DNA of 18,558 bases from a virus (IMGVR_UViG_3300032093_008018:1-18558); one strand, 5' to 3'. Counted from the stretch's first letter, positions 1-8,475 are shown. Made by a program: numbers and translations. The notes: generated from the sequence alone by a model not told the origin.

Positions 1-58
1 GTTGGAGGATGATGCGTCTAAAAGCATCTGCTACGGCAACTCGCCCAATATCAGGCAT
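1..58 (-). CDS. 5' part of an unknown protein (MPDIGRVAVADAFRRIILQ...), runs off the window
   Basis: ATG at 58-56 preceded by an AAGGAG Shine-Dalgarno; the frame is open to the window edge. Confidence 0.65.
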   Translation of the reverse strand, partial: MPDIGRVAVADAFRRIILQ

Positions 59-90
59 GGATAAACACTCCTTATTTGGAGTATTTATCC
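59..90 (-). promoter_or_regulatory. T4-late-like promoter (GATAAATA, 89-82) inside a 13-bp hairpin that sequesters the RBS
   Basis: GGATAAATACTCC-AAATAA-GGAGTGTTTATCC lies directly before the ATG; the single G.U wobble fits a minus-strand RNA. Confidence 0.65.
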
Positions 91-107
91 GCCTATATTT
101 ACATTGA

Positions 108-1274
108 TTATGCTACTTTTAGTAGAACCACATCTTCATTAATGCGTCCGTTCATTTTAGTGTCTGTAGCATTAATATCATCTAAAAACTTGCGCAATGC
201 TACTTTACCAGCAGCCTTAAACTCTTTGAGTTTTTCTTCAGGTTTGCGAATAGTTTTTTGAATGCTGGTGTTTTCGTTAAACCCTGTAATTGACGTTCCT
301 TTGACACTTAACTCCATGTATTCGTTAGCAACATACTTGCCAAGTTTACGTGTTTTAGTGTTAAAAATCCACAATTCCTTGCTACCAATAATGTCAGCAG
401 GATTAATACTTACAAGTTTCAAAGGCTCATCAGTCTTTTTAAATTTAAGTTTAGCAACAATTTTATCCTTGGGAACAACTTTGGCTTTACGTGGTTTACG
501 ATTAATTTTGGCTTCTTGTGCCAACATATCGCAAGCACTGAGAATTTCATGGTAAAATGCTACAATTTTTTTGACCTGTGCTTTAGTCAAATGACTGTAA
601 CCTTCTTTAAGTTGTTCGTCTTTACCTTCTTGTAAGTCAAGATATTCGTCATACTGACGTTGATAAAAATCTTTAATAATACGAGCGTGTGCAGCTTTAG
701 CGTCTTTGCCTCGCAACAAATTCATGACCTTAAATGCTTTTGGATCAAAAGATTCTGGATCTTGAGAAAAGTTTTCTAGAGCATCTTCAATCTCTTCAGT
801 CATTTTAAAACTAGCTTCTCGAACACGTTCTTGGATTGTAATTTGAGGAATTACAGGTTTTGCTTCGTCAATTTCTTCATCCTCAACGTCATTTTTACCT
901 TCAATAACAATCTTTTGAATTGCTTCACCTAACCATTGTGCAGTGTTGCGCCCCTCGTTAAAGTCTGCACGAACCGGCGGCATTCCTTTTAATAGGTTGG
1001 CTGCAATAGCACCCATAGTGACATTACAACGATTATCGCGGGTCTTTTTAAATTGTGCAATCTGATCTTTGCTATATCCTGCTTGACTCATCCAGTTGAT
1101 AATTTTTGGTTTTAATTCCCTGCCAGAATGCTCTAAGCGATAGTATTCCATAGAGATACGAAACTGTCTGTTGAATTGTTCAGCAGACCAACTTTCGTGA
1201 CCATCCCATTTTGGACTAACATCACGTTTTGAATTTTCACGAATAGCTACGGATTTACTTTTAGTTGTTGCCAC
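108..1274 (-). CDS. hypothetical protein, 388 aa, Lys-rich C-terminal domain
   Basis: long ORF with AGGAG RBS and its own promoter; no motif I can name. Confidence 0.85.
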   Translation of the reverse strand: MATTKSKSVAIRENSKRDVSPKWDGHESWSAEQFNRQFRISMEYYRLEHSGRELKPKIINWMSQAGYSKDQIAQFKKTRDNRCNVTMGAIAANLLKGMPPVRADFNEGRNTAQWLGEAIQKIVIEGKNDVEDEEIDEAKPVIPQITIQERVREASFKMTEEIEDALENFSQDPESFDPKAFKVMNLLRGKDAKAAHARIIKDFYQRQYDEYLDLQEGKDEQLKEGYSHLTKAQVKKIVAFYHEILSACDMLAQEAKINRKPRKAKVVPKDKIVAKLKFKKTDEPLKLVSINPADIIGSKELWIFNTKTRKLGKYVANEYMELSVKGTSITGFNENTSIQKTIRKPEEKLKEFKAAGKVALRKFLDDINATDTKMNGRINEDVVLLKVA

Positions 1275-1307
1275 AATTATCTCCTGTGTGTGTTATAAAA
1301 CAAATAC

Positions 1308-1336
1308 AGTATAGCACCATTTTTTGGATTTGTCAA
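1308..1336 (-). promoter_or_regulatory. sigma70 promoter TTGACA-17-TATACT with extended -10 TG
   Basis: consensus hexamers with a 17-nt spacer upstream of ORF 108..1274. Confidence 0.8.
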
Positions 1337-1530
1337 TCTGCATAAAATCGCTCTATGGTAATTAAATCACCATCTGGATTTTCTTGATATATTACGGTAG
1401 AAGCATATTCACCTTCTTCTAATGCTTTTTTGGCAAGAGTAAGTGCTTCAGTTCTGCTTTTGGTAGTTTCAACCAATTCTTCGTGACCGTCATCATCTTC
1501 GGCCCAGACCTCGTAGAATTCCCAGGTCAT
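1333..1530 (-). CDS. small acidic hypothetical protein, 65 aa
   Basis: ORF with upstream AGGAG, collinear with neighbours. Confidence 0.7.
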   Translation of the reverse strand: MTWEFYEVWAEDDDGHEELVETTKSRTEALTLAKKALEEGEYASTVIYQENPDGDLITIERFYAD

Positions 1531-1555
1531 GATATATTATTAATCTCCTATTAAG

Positions 1556-2110
1556 TTAAACAAATTTTTCCCAATCTCCACCAGGCACCACTGCCCAGCC
1601 AAGACGTTGGAGATCATTCCGGATCTCGTCGGTTACCATGCCTTCTGGCACATATCCTTTAATTCCATCAGCATCGCCGTTACCTAATCCATCTCCAATA
1701 CCAGAGCAGTACCAATCGATGTAGTCACCTTCCTGTCGCATGTCTGCAATAATTCCACCTGCTGATCTCCATGAAGCTGACCAATAGTCTTTGTCTGGAT
1801 CTTGTCTAAGAATTGGAACAACTTCTAGTTTTATAAAATCGTTGTTACATATTGACGCATATAAATTTTGGGCATAAGTTTCGCTGGCACGAACTTTTTC
1901 CAAAATCCAATCAGTGGTTACTAGATCGTATTCCATATTATTAACGTGGCTAGCGGGATCATCAAATTTATGATCGTGATGGTCGATTATTTTTTCAAAA
2001 TAATCAAGATAATCTTCGTTAACTGATTCGCCCTTTTCTGCCTGACGCTTAACATATCCTTCCTTTTGGAAAGAAAAACGATCGGGACTTTTAGACACAG
2101 TCTTGCTCAT
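1556..2110 (-). CDS. hypothetical protein, 184 aa
   Basis: ORF in a tightly packed minus-strand operon. Confidence 0.8.
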   Translation of the reverse strand: MSKTVSKSPDRFSFQKEGYVKRQAEKGESVNEDYLDYFEKIIDHHDHKFDDPASHVNNMEYDLVTTDWILEKVRASETYAQNLYASICNNDFIKLEVVPILRQDPDKDYWSASWRSAGGIIADMRQEGDYIDWYCSGIGDGLGNGDADGIKGYVPEGMVTDEIRNDLQRLGWAVVPGGDWEKFV

Positions 2111-2480
2111 TTGCTTCTTTTAAAACTTTTTTGTTTTCTTTTTTAGACAATCGTTGATTGCGAAAATTTGTTGTATCAACTATAGCAGACTTTAAAGTTT
2201 CTGCATAATTTAATGCAGTTTGTTCATTCATTGTTAATACAGTTTCGTGTTCAAGATAGCCCTTAGTTAAGAGAGTCCAAATCTGTTTGAAACGATTTGT
2301 AGACCACCAAGGCGATTTTACAGTAGCATAGATAGTTACACTGATACCAATATCCTCTGCTTCTACCCAAAGATTATGAGTGTGATCGTCTGAACCACAG
2401 TCACAGACAACGTGATACATTTTAGTATCACCCCAATCATTCTTTTTAAGAATACCTTCTGCTGGTGTCTGTAATTTCAT
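2091..2480 (-). CDS. hypothetical protein, 129 aa
   Basis: ORF overlapping both neighbours (coupled stop/start at 2480). Confidence 0.75.
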   Translation of the reverse strand: MKLQTPAEGILKKNDWGDTKMYHVVCDCGSDDHTHNLWVEAEDIGISVTIYATVKSPWWSTNRFKQIWTLLTKGYLEHETVLTMNEQTALNYAETLKSAIVDTTNFRNQRLSKKENKKVLKEANEQDCV

Positions 2481-2740
2481 TAATGTAAAATTCCTTCGTC
2501 CTTGATATTAAATTTATTAATTTGATCTCTACTGTCGTATATAAAAGAACAAATTTTTTCAAAGTCTTGTTCTGACAAACTAGTTTTATATATCTCTAAA
2601 CCTAACTTAATTAAGATAGGTGCAACTTCTAAACCAGAATATCCTTCACCTAAAGATTTATCCGTTAAATCTAAAAAGGATTTATACAACTGAATTAGTT
2701 TTTGTTCTCGTTCTGAATCAACAGTTTTCATTAGGTCCAT
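2480..2740 (-). CDS. hypothetical protein, 86 aa
   Basis: ORF overlapping both neighbours. Confidence 0.7.
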   Translation of the reverse strand: MDLMKTVDSEREQKLIQLYKSFLDLTDKSLGEGYSGLEVAPILIKLGLEIYKTSLSEQDFEKICSFIYDSRDQINKFNIKDEGILH

Positions 2741-3546
2741 AAGCTTTCTCTTACTTTAATCAAACGAATCATCATTGCTTCATCTTCATCATTGTAGGCT
2801 TTTTCAATCTCTTGACTCTTAGCCAGGGCAATTTTACACATTTCTGCTTCTTCCTTGTTTTTATCTTCCATATCAAGAAGATGATACCCTTTTTCGCGAC
2901 GCATGTCACAGTAAGCACTCCATCCGCTGGCATCATAAACATCTGGACGCTTTGGATAGATTTCCTTCCACCAAGTATATAGTTCTAGTATTTCTTTAGC
3001 AGCTTTGGCCTGATAGGTAGGCTCTGCTAGATGCTTTTGATCTTCGTCTAAAAATTCTTCGTTGGTTAGAGTCATTGCCCATTCTAGATAAGCAATGCCT
3101 GCTTCGGGGCAACGCCAGTTACGATACCAACGACGCCACCATGGATAATCGTATTTTTTCTTATCCTCATCACTCCAAACGCAATGATGCCATGCCTGTT
3201 CTATTTCAACAAAGTCAACAAGCTCATTAAAAAGACATGGAAGAAAACGGTTGCCAACATCACGCCACTCGCCGCGAGGAATGTCGCTTGGGTGAGCAGT
3301 AAGAGCGTGGGCTTTAGTAACCCAGCGATTGTTGATATAGTAGCGTACATCATTGATCCTTTCTGGAATCCAACACCAAACATCTTGAATGCGATCTAAA
3401 CCTTCCTCAGCAATCCACCAACGGATTGGATACTTGGCTTTAGCAGCCTCTTCCCATTCGCGCCATTCTTTTCCTGTGCCGCACTTTAACTTAGTGGTGC
3501 CACGGATCCAATCAGCAAATGGGGAACAGGTCCAATAATTTCTCAT
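2731..3546 (-). CDS. Trp-rich hypothetical protein, 271 aa
   Basis: long ORF with AAGGA RBS, downstream of a consensus promoter. Confidence 0.85.
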   Translation of the reverse strand: MRNYWTCSPFADWIRGTTKLKCGTGKEWREWEEAAKAKYPIRWWIAEEGLDRIQDVWCWIPERINDVRYYINNRWVTKAHALTAHPSDIPRGEWRDVGNRFLPCLFNELVDFVEIEQAWHHCVWSDEDKKKYDYPWWRRWYRNWRCPEAGIAYLEWAMTLTNEEFLDEDQKHLAEPTYQAKAAKEILELYTWWKEIYPKRPDVYDASGWSAYCDMRREKGYHLLDMEDKNKEEAEMCKIALAKSQEIEKAYNDEDEAMMIRLIKVRESLWT

Positions 3547-3584
3547 ATATAATTCCTTTTCAGACTTAGTAGTCGAACACTTTA

Positions 3585-3613
3585 ATTATATGATCTTTTT
3601 AAAAACCTGTCAA
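3585..3613 (-). promoter_or_regulatory. sigma70 promoter TTGACA-17-TATAAT
   Basis: perfect consensus upstream of ORF 2731..3546. Confidence 0.85.
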
Positions 3614-3630
3614 TATGGCAAAAAAATGAA

Positions 3631-4014
3631 TCAAAATTTTCTTTGGTATCCTGCCAAGTTAAGCATAATTGAATACTGCTCATAGGCTTTTTTTACCGCA
3701 GGATTGATATTTCGATAATTTGCTTCTTCTCTTTCTTTGTCCATTAGAGTTTGAAACATATCAATTTCGCCTTTGCTGTGTCGTTGCCATTTGAAGAAAC
3801 GCTTTTCTAATTCTATTAGAGTACGTAATCTGCCTTCTGGAATTTCCATAGTAATTACACGCTCTGTTTCATATTCAACAACATCGTTGCGAATAATATC
3901 AGCACGTTCTGGGTCTGTAAAAAACTTTGGAGGATGGTATCGTGCCCTGCGTTTAGAATCGTTTAGGACACGCACCTCGTAGTTTTCACAAAACTCTGTG
4001 ACTTCTTTATCCAT
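3631..4014 (-). CDS. hypothetical protein, 127 aa
   Basis: ORF overlapping the thyX stop. Confidence 0.8.
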   Translation of the reverse strand: MDKEVTEFCENYEVRVLNDSKRRARYHPPKFFTDPERADIIRNDVVEYETERVITMEIPEGRLRTLIELEKRFFKWQRHSKGEIDMFQTLMDKEREEANYRNINPAVKKAYEQYSIMLNLAGYQRKF

Positions 4015-4693
4015 TTTGGATTAGACTCTCAGTCATCGGGAAGATCGCAGCAATTGCTTTAGCACAGGCCAGAGCCACTAATTGATGTTCTTTCTGTGTG
4101 CCGTTGGCTGATCGTAATTCAATAAAATGTACCCAAGACCGTAACGTGCCATTCATGTAAAGTTTACTTTCAATGTTACCTTCTGGCAGTACAGCACGAG
4201 CTTGTTCTTTGGCTAGGCCGTTCGAGACAGCCCAAGTGTAGGCTTCTTTAGAGGCTCTAATAACAGCCTGTTGTTTTTCTTCCCATAGACGTGCAAGCTC
4301 TCTCTGCTCAGGGTCTGCCATGTCCAATTCAACAGAATTTTGTCTGTTTCTGGTGTCCTGCAACCGTGCTTCTCTAGTGATGAAGTTAAGATCTTTTGTA
4401 GGGTCAGCGTATCGTTGACTAAACTCTTGGAAGGAAAAGCTTCTGTGTCGTAGAATTTGTCTTGCAATGTCTCTTGTGGTTGTGATTTCAACACAGGCTG
4501 AAACCATTTCCAAGGGACTCCAGTGTGCGTGTTTAACAAGATATCGAATAAGCTTCTCTGATGTCTCTGTATTGAATTGGTTGTTTGGGTTGCTGACACG
4601 GGCGCAATACGCAATGAGTTCTTGTGCATCTCCGATTCCCATGTTGGCAAATTCTGCTGTTGGTTGTGAGTAGGATACGAGTTTAACATTCAT
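4007..4693 (-). CDS. thyX: FAD-dependent thymidylate synthase ThyX
   Basis: ThyX signature RHRSFSFQEFSQRY, plus AYCARVS, HWSPLEM and ARAVLP motifs. Confidence 0.97.
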   Translation of the reverse strand: MNVKLVSYSQPTAEFANMGIGDAQELIAYCARVSNPNNQFNTETSEKLIRYLVKHAHWSPLEMVSACVEITTTRDIARQILRHRSFSFQEFSQRYADPTKDLNFITREARLQDTRNRQNSVELDMADPEQRELARLWEEKQQAVIRASKEAYTWAVSNGLAKEQARAVLPEGNIESKLYMNGTLRSWVHFIELRSANGTQKEHQLVALACAKAIAAIFPMTESLIQNG

Positions 4694-5190
4694 TTATTTT
4701 CTTCTTTCTCTTCATCAAAGCATAAACTTTCCATAGTCTTGTAATGTTCATATGCTTTTTTGAGTGCTTCAAATTTTTCTAATTTTTTTGGATCCGGAAC
4801 CAAAATAGCCAATCGTTCTTCCATTTTATCCATGAAAGCCTTTAGGCTTTTTCCATCTACTTTAATATCAGTACCTGGAGCCATATCGATTCCATTGGTT
4901 CCTATAGTTACTGTCGATGGACTACTAGTCCAGGTATTAGACACTGTATAAGTACCAGACGATGTAGTTGTCCAGTTATATGGACTATAATTTGTTGTGG
5001 GAATAGTTACTGAACTAGAAAAATTATTAAGACCGGACAAATCAATTGATTCTATAGGAAGGGGATCTATTGTGATATAATCGACGCCCCCGCCACCAGT
5101 AACATGCATGGTATCTCCGCCGACGTCGATTTTATCAAGATCTAAAATTATATCATCTAATGATATAGCTGGTAGATCCTTACTGTTCAT
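4690..5190 (-). CDS. hypothetical protein with Thr/Ser-rich middle, about 166 aa
   Basis: start reassigned to ATG 5190 (MNSKDLP), 1 nt after the Hc1 stop; the longer start in the ORF track overlaps Hc1. Confidence 0.75.
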   Translation of the reverse strand: MNSKDLPAISLDDIILDLDKIDVGGDTMHVTGGGGVDYITIDPLPIESIDLSGLNNFSSSVTIPTTNYSPYNWTTTSSGTYTVSNTWTSSPSTVTIGTNGIDMAPGTDIKVDGKSLKAFMDKMEERLAILVPDPKKLEKFEALKKAYEHYKTMESLCFDEEKEENK

Positions 5191-5191
5191 A

Positions 5192-5386
5192 TTAAGCTGC
5201 CTTGGCTTCTTTACGAGCGTTCTTTTCTTCTGTAATTTCATTGCGGCGAGCTTTGATTAGTTTGCTCATTTCAGCTAATGCTTTACGAGCACGAGTTCCA
5301 GCTGCACCATTGCCGCTGGTAAATTTTGCATCTTCTGCCAAAAATGCTTCCATTGCTGATTTAATTTGTTCTACTGTGTTTGACAT
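5192..5386 (-). CDS. histone H1-like nucleoid protein, Hc1 family
   Basis: GNGAAGTRARKALAEMSK matches the GNKAAGTRARK core of Hc1-type proteins; AAGGAG RBS. Confidence 0.75.
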   Translation of the reverse strand: MSNTVEQIKSAMEAFLAEDAKFTSGNGAAGTRARKALAEMSKLIKARRNEITEEKNARKEAKAA

Positions 5387-5443
5387 ATAGTCTCCTTTAT
5401 TTGTCTTTTACTTATAGGCAACCTAGTCTATAGCGTAAAAATC

Positions 5444-5554
5444 TGGTGTGGTCGGTAGGATTCGAACCTACAAAGGCTGTGACTAAGTCGGCGCCCCATT
5501 CCCAAGTGCGTTTCGCAACGGACCGGAGGTCTGCCATATTCCACTCACGACCAC
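5444..5554 (-). ncRNA. 111-nt tRNA-like RNA with an expanded anticodon/variable region (Leu-type D arm, possible UGG loop)
   Basis: acceptor stem GTGGTCG/CGACCAC, A73, CCA, T arm GTAGG-TTCGAAT-CCTAC and D-loop GG, but about 55 nt between the D and T arms. Confidence 0.75.
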
Positions 5555-5560
5555 ATGTAA

Positions 5561-5588
5561 ATTATATATTCTTAATTATAAAAGTCAA
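5561..5588 (-). promoter_or_regulatory. sigma70 promoter TTGACT-16-TATAAT
   Basis: predicted +1 falls near 5554, the first base of the tRNA-like RNA. Confidence 0.65.
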
Positions 5589-5613
5589 AAAAATAGGGCA
5601 CCAAAGTGCCCTA
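5587..5613 (-). terminator. intrinsic terminator
   Basis: TAGGGCAC-TTTG-GTGCCCTA followed by a T run, just after the phosphoesterase stop. Confidence 0.8.
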
Positions 5614-5620
5614 AATGTAG

Positions 5621-6226
5621 TTAATCAACTATTGGTCCGTTGCCATTTTTAAAACCAACCGATCCGCCTTCTGCTTCAATACGTTTGATAACATCTTCAA
5701 ACAAGATTGGAGCAAAGTCTGGGATTTGTTCTACGCATACGCAATGATATCTAACATCAATCTCATCTCCGTATAATACAGCACCGGTTCTAGCATCTAC
5801 ACCACGTGCTTTCTTAACTCTGTTAGAGTGTAAGTGACCATGGATGTTAACACCAAAGCGACCTAAACTTGCTTCGTGGACTGGAATATGACTTAAGATC
5901 ATTCCGTTCATAATATGATACGCACGAAGCTCACGGAAGTACTCGTTATATTCTGTATCACGAAAAATGTCGTGATTACCACGAATTAATACTTTGTCGC
6001 CATTTAATCTACTTAAAGTTTTTAATGCTTTGCGATTAATAACAACGTCACCTAAGTGATAGACCTTGTCAGTAGGCTTGACTCTTTCGTTCCAAGCCTC
6101 GATCATTGCTTCATCCATTTCATCTGGATCATCCCACGGCCTTAACTTAGTTCCATCATCACGCAAAAATCGGCACACGCCAGCGTGGCCAAAGTGCGTG
6201 TCGCTAACTAAAAATACGCTAGGCAT
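5621..6226 (-). CDS. calcineurin-like metallophosphoesterase
   Basis: motifs SDTHFGH, HLGDV, RGNHD, SHIP, HGHLH. Confidence 0.92.
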   Translation of the reverse strand: MPSVFLVSDTHFGHAGVCRFLRDDGTKLRPWDDPDEMDEAMIEAWNERVKPTDKVYHLGDVVINRKALKTLSRLNGDKVLIRGNHDIFRDTEYNEYFRELRAYHIMNGMILSHIPVHEASLGRFGVNIHGHLHSNRVKKARGVDARTGAVLYGDEIDVRYHCVCVEQIPDFAPILFEDVIKRIEAEGGSVGFKNGNGPIVD

Positions 6227-6241
6227 AGTGCCCTCCTTTTT

Positions 6242-6436
6242 TTACCAATTTTCTACGCCAGAAATGTCAAAAGTGATATCAGCATCTCTGCCCATAACCT
6301 TTGTTGTTACAATTAACTTTAGAATAGATCCAATGCCACTGGAACTATCACTTTCTAATTTAAAAGTTTCCACCTCTGGAAACTCTGCTAAAATTTCACT
6401 GATTAGTTTTAAATCTTCTTTATGTAGATACATCAA
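6242..6436 (-). CDS. hypothetical protein, 64 aa
   Basis: ORF coupled to the upstream stop (TTTGATG overlap), GGAG RBS. Confidence 0.7.
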   Translation of the reverse strand: MMYLHKEDLKLISEILAEFPEVETFKLESDSSSGIGSILKLIVTTKVMGRDADITFDISGVENW

Positions 6437-6999
6437 ATATCTCCTTCACGCTCTCTACGTTCACGACGTTCTGCCGCTAACATAAAGACTTTTTCATTAT
6501 CGTTAGTCCAATCTACTGTTTTGGTGGGAATTATAATTCCGCTAGATAAAGTCACACCATTGATAGTATGGGGTTCATTTTCATCATAGGTCCAACCTAA
6601 ACATTTCATCATACGGTGCTTGACTAGCAAGTTTGGACTACGAAATGCTTCTGCATCACGGAAGCCCAACATAACACCAACTTCTGCTACTGCACCAGAA
6701 CGACAAACACCTGCATGGCAATGCACTACAACATTCATCTTATTTTCAAGAGCATGTTGTAAGAGTCCGACCAGTTCGCTGGCCTGTTTCTGGCTGCAAC
6801 GCATAGACTCGTCTAATACTTGATCTTTTTCTTCAACATCTAAAAACTTAAATTGATGTTTCTCGCGAAATTGATATTTTGGCTGGGGGAATTCCATATC
6901 CGGATCCACAATTTGAATCAACATAGAATTTACGCCCGCATCTATATGAAATCCGTTACGAACATCGGCTAGCGATACATTTTGAATCCACGGTGTCAT
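6433..6999 (-). CDS. cysteine-based (PTP/DSP-fold) phosphatase
   Basis: P-loop VVVHCHAGVCRS (HCX5R). Confidence 0.88.
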   Translation of the reverse strand: MTPWIQNVSLADVRNGFHIDAGVNSMLIQIVDPDMEFPQPKYQFREKHQFKFLDVEEKDQVLDESMRCSQKQASELVGLLQHALENKMNVVVHCHAGVCRSGAVAEVGVMLGFRDAEAFRSPNLLVKHRMMKCLGWTYDENEPHTINGVTLSSGIIIPTKTVDWTNDNEKVFMLAAERRERREREGDI

Positions 7000-7015
7000 A
7001 ATTTATCCTTTATAT

Positions 7016-7044
7016 ATTATATTATAAACCCACTTAAAATGCAA
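7016..7044 (-). promoter_or_regulatory. sigma70-like promoter TTGCAT-17-TATAAT
   Basis: near-consensus, upstream of the phosphatase operon. Confidence 0.6.
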
Positions 7045-7051
7045 GGAAAAT

Positions 7052-7133
7052 TGGTACCCCTGCCCGGACTCGAACCGGGAACATCTAACACTCCTTTTGA
7101 GAGAGCTGCCTTTACCAATTTGGCCACAGGGGC
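7052..7133 (-). tRNA. tRNA-Leu(CAA)
   Basis: cloverleaf, anticodon loop CT-CAA-AA, A73, CCA; unstructured 10-nt variable loop. Confidence 0.9.
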
Positions 7134-7134
7134 A

Positions 7135-7141
7135 ATAAATA
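7135..7141 (+). promoter_or_regulatory. T4-late-like promoter motif ATAAATA
   Basis: 30 nt upstream of the plus-strand ORF at 7171; similar motifs at 8193-8199 (-), 82-89 (-) and 16605-16611 (+). Confidence 0.45.
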
Positions 7142-7170
7142 GCATTGAACCATTAGGAGCGAACTAATGA

Positions 7171-7944
7171 ATGGATCCAGTAACGCTATTTGCACTAGCT
7201 AACGGAGCAGTTAAGCTAGTAAAAGAAGGGTGTAAACTCTATAAAGATATAAAGGGTGCCGCGGGCGACGTTAAAGACGTGCTCAAGGATCTGGATGACC
7301 AATTCCATAACAGATACAAAGATCGTACGCCTACAGTTGCAGAAAGAAATCAATATGTAACCGAGCGTAATCGAGTAGTTGAATTAAACAAAAAAGGTGG
7401 AGAAACGACTAATATCTATCAAGAAATTGGTCAACATCTAGGGGCCTATTTTGACAACTATTACAAATGTCTAGCAATATTTGAAGAAGAAGAACGCCGT
7501 AACAAAACAGAAGTTTATACTGGCGAAGATAGTCTTGGTAAACGTGCTCTACAACGTGTTCTAATGAAAAAACAATTGGAACACATGTCTTCTGAACTTC
7601 GAGAAATCATGGTGTATCAGTCTCCTCCAGAATTAGGTGCATTGTGGAGTGATGTTGAAGAAATGATGCAAACGGTTGGAAAGGAACAAAGAGTTGCTAT
7701 TACCAATCAAATGCGCAGATACGAAATAGAGCAGCGCAGAAAAAAAGCCAGGAAAGATAAAATGACACATCAAGCAGTTATTGGTATATCTATCTTAACC
7801 TGTATATTTTTAGTTTCTTATATGTTCTTGGTAATCATACAAGGAAGAATCGAGCGTGACCCAGAACTTGGAAATTGTTGGGTTCCTAAAGGTTCATATC
7901 TTTATAAAAAGTGGACTAATACCGTTTGGGCTACTTGTGAATAA
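7171..7944 (+). CDS. hypothetical coiled-coil protein with a C-terminal transmembrane helix
   Basis: 257-aa ORF with AGGAG RBS; hydrophobic stretch AVIGISILTCIFLVSYMFLVII. Confidence 0.85.
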   Translation: MDPVTLFALANGAVKLVKEGCKLYKDIKGAAGDVKDVLKDLDDQFHNRYKDRTPTVAERNQYVTERNRVVELNKKGGETTNIYQEIGQHLGAYFDNYYKCLAIFEEEERRNKTEVYTGEDSLGKRALQRVLMKKQLEHMSSELREIMVYQSPPELGALWSDVEEMMQTVGKEQRVAITNQMRRYEIEQRRKKARKDKMTHQAVIGISILTCIFLVSYMFLVIIQGRIERDPELGNCWVPKGSYLYKKWTNTVWATCE

Positions 7945-8187
7945 TTATAAATCGTTGGCATCTATACAAGTGCCGCCTTTAAATACATAAACATCTGAAT
8001 CCATACGCAACTGTTCAAATACATGATTGTTTACACACTTGTAAGGATCTTTTTTATTCTGAACAAAATAATAAACGCCGTAACCTAAACCTGCTAATAG
8101 CATGAGGATAGGAATATATTTTAAAAAGGAAATGATTTGCGGCATCATTCCTAATATCTGCGGCAGCTTTTCCAGTAGCTCTTTCAT
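7945..8187 (-). CDS. small membrane protein, 80 aa
   Basis: hydrophobic segment YIPILMLLAGLGYGVYYF; abuts the convergent ORF. Confidence 0.7.
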   Translation of the reverse strand: MKELLEKLPQILGMMPQIISFLKYIPILMLLAGLGYGVYYFVQNKKDPYKCVNNHVFEQLRMDSDVYVFKGGTCIDANDL

Positions 8188-8200
8188 ACTGTTATTTATT

Positions 8201-8276
8201 TGGTGCTGATGAGCGGGATCGAACCGCTGACCTCATTCTTACCAAGAATGTGCGCTACCTACTGTGCCACATCAGC
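8201..8276 (-). tRNA. tRNA-Thr(GGT)
   Basis: cloverleaf, loop TT-GGT-AA, CCA. Confidence 0.95.
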
Positions 8277-8283
8277 TAGTAAA

Positions 8284-8358
8284 TGGCCCGGCTGCTAGGA
8301 ATCGAACCTAGATTTAGGGTTTAGAAGACCCTTGTTCTATCCATTGAACTACAGCCAG
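8284..8358 (-). tRNA. tRNA-Arg(TCT)
   Basis: cloverleaf, loop CT-TCT-AA, CCA. Confidence 0.95.
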
Positions 8359-8363
8359 AAACT

Positions 8364-8437
8364 TGGAGCGGAATATCGGAATCGAACCGATGACTAGAGC
8401 TTGGAAGGCTTTCGTTTTACCATTAAACTAATCCCGC
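8364..8437 (-). tRNA. tRNA-Gly(TCC)
   Basis: cloverleaf, loop CT-TCC-AA, U73, CCA. Confidence 0.95.
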
Positions 8438-8446
8438 ATGAAAAAC

Positions 8447-8475
8447 ATTATACAGTCATTTTGTTTTTGCTGCAA
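8447..8475 (-). promoter_or_regulatory. sigma70-like promoter TTGCAG-17-TATAAT
   Basis: directly upstream of the Gly-Arg-Thr tRNA trio. Confidence 0.55.

Noticed and set aside
76-555. Plus-strand ORFs 76..261 and 262..555, and similar antisense ORFs at 3184, 3773, 4467, 4760, 5202, 6066, 6620, 9644 and 10318
   Set aside because: Shadows of well-supported minus-strand genes, with no RBS or protein-like signal
5444-5554. Odd tRNA read as tRNA-Sec, tmRNA or an intron-containing tRNA
   Set aside because: 7-bp acceptor stem and no UCA loop (not Sec); no G3.U70 or tag ORF (not tmRNA); the insert is far too short for a group I intron and no bulge-helix-bulge is evident
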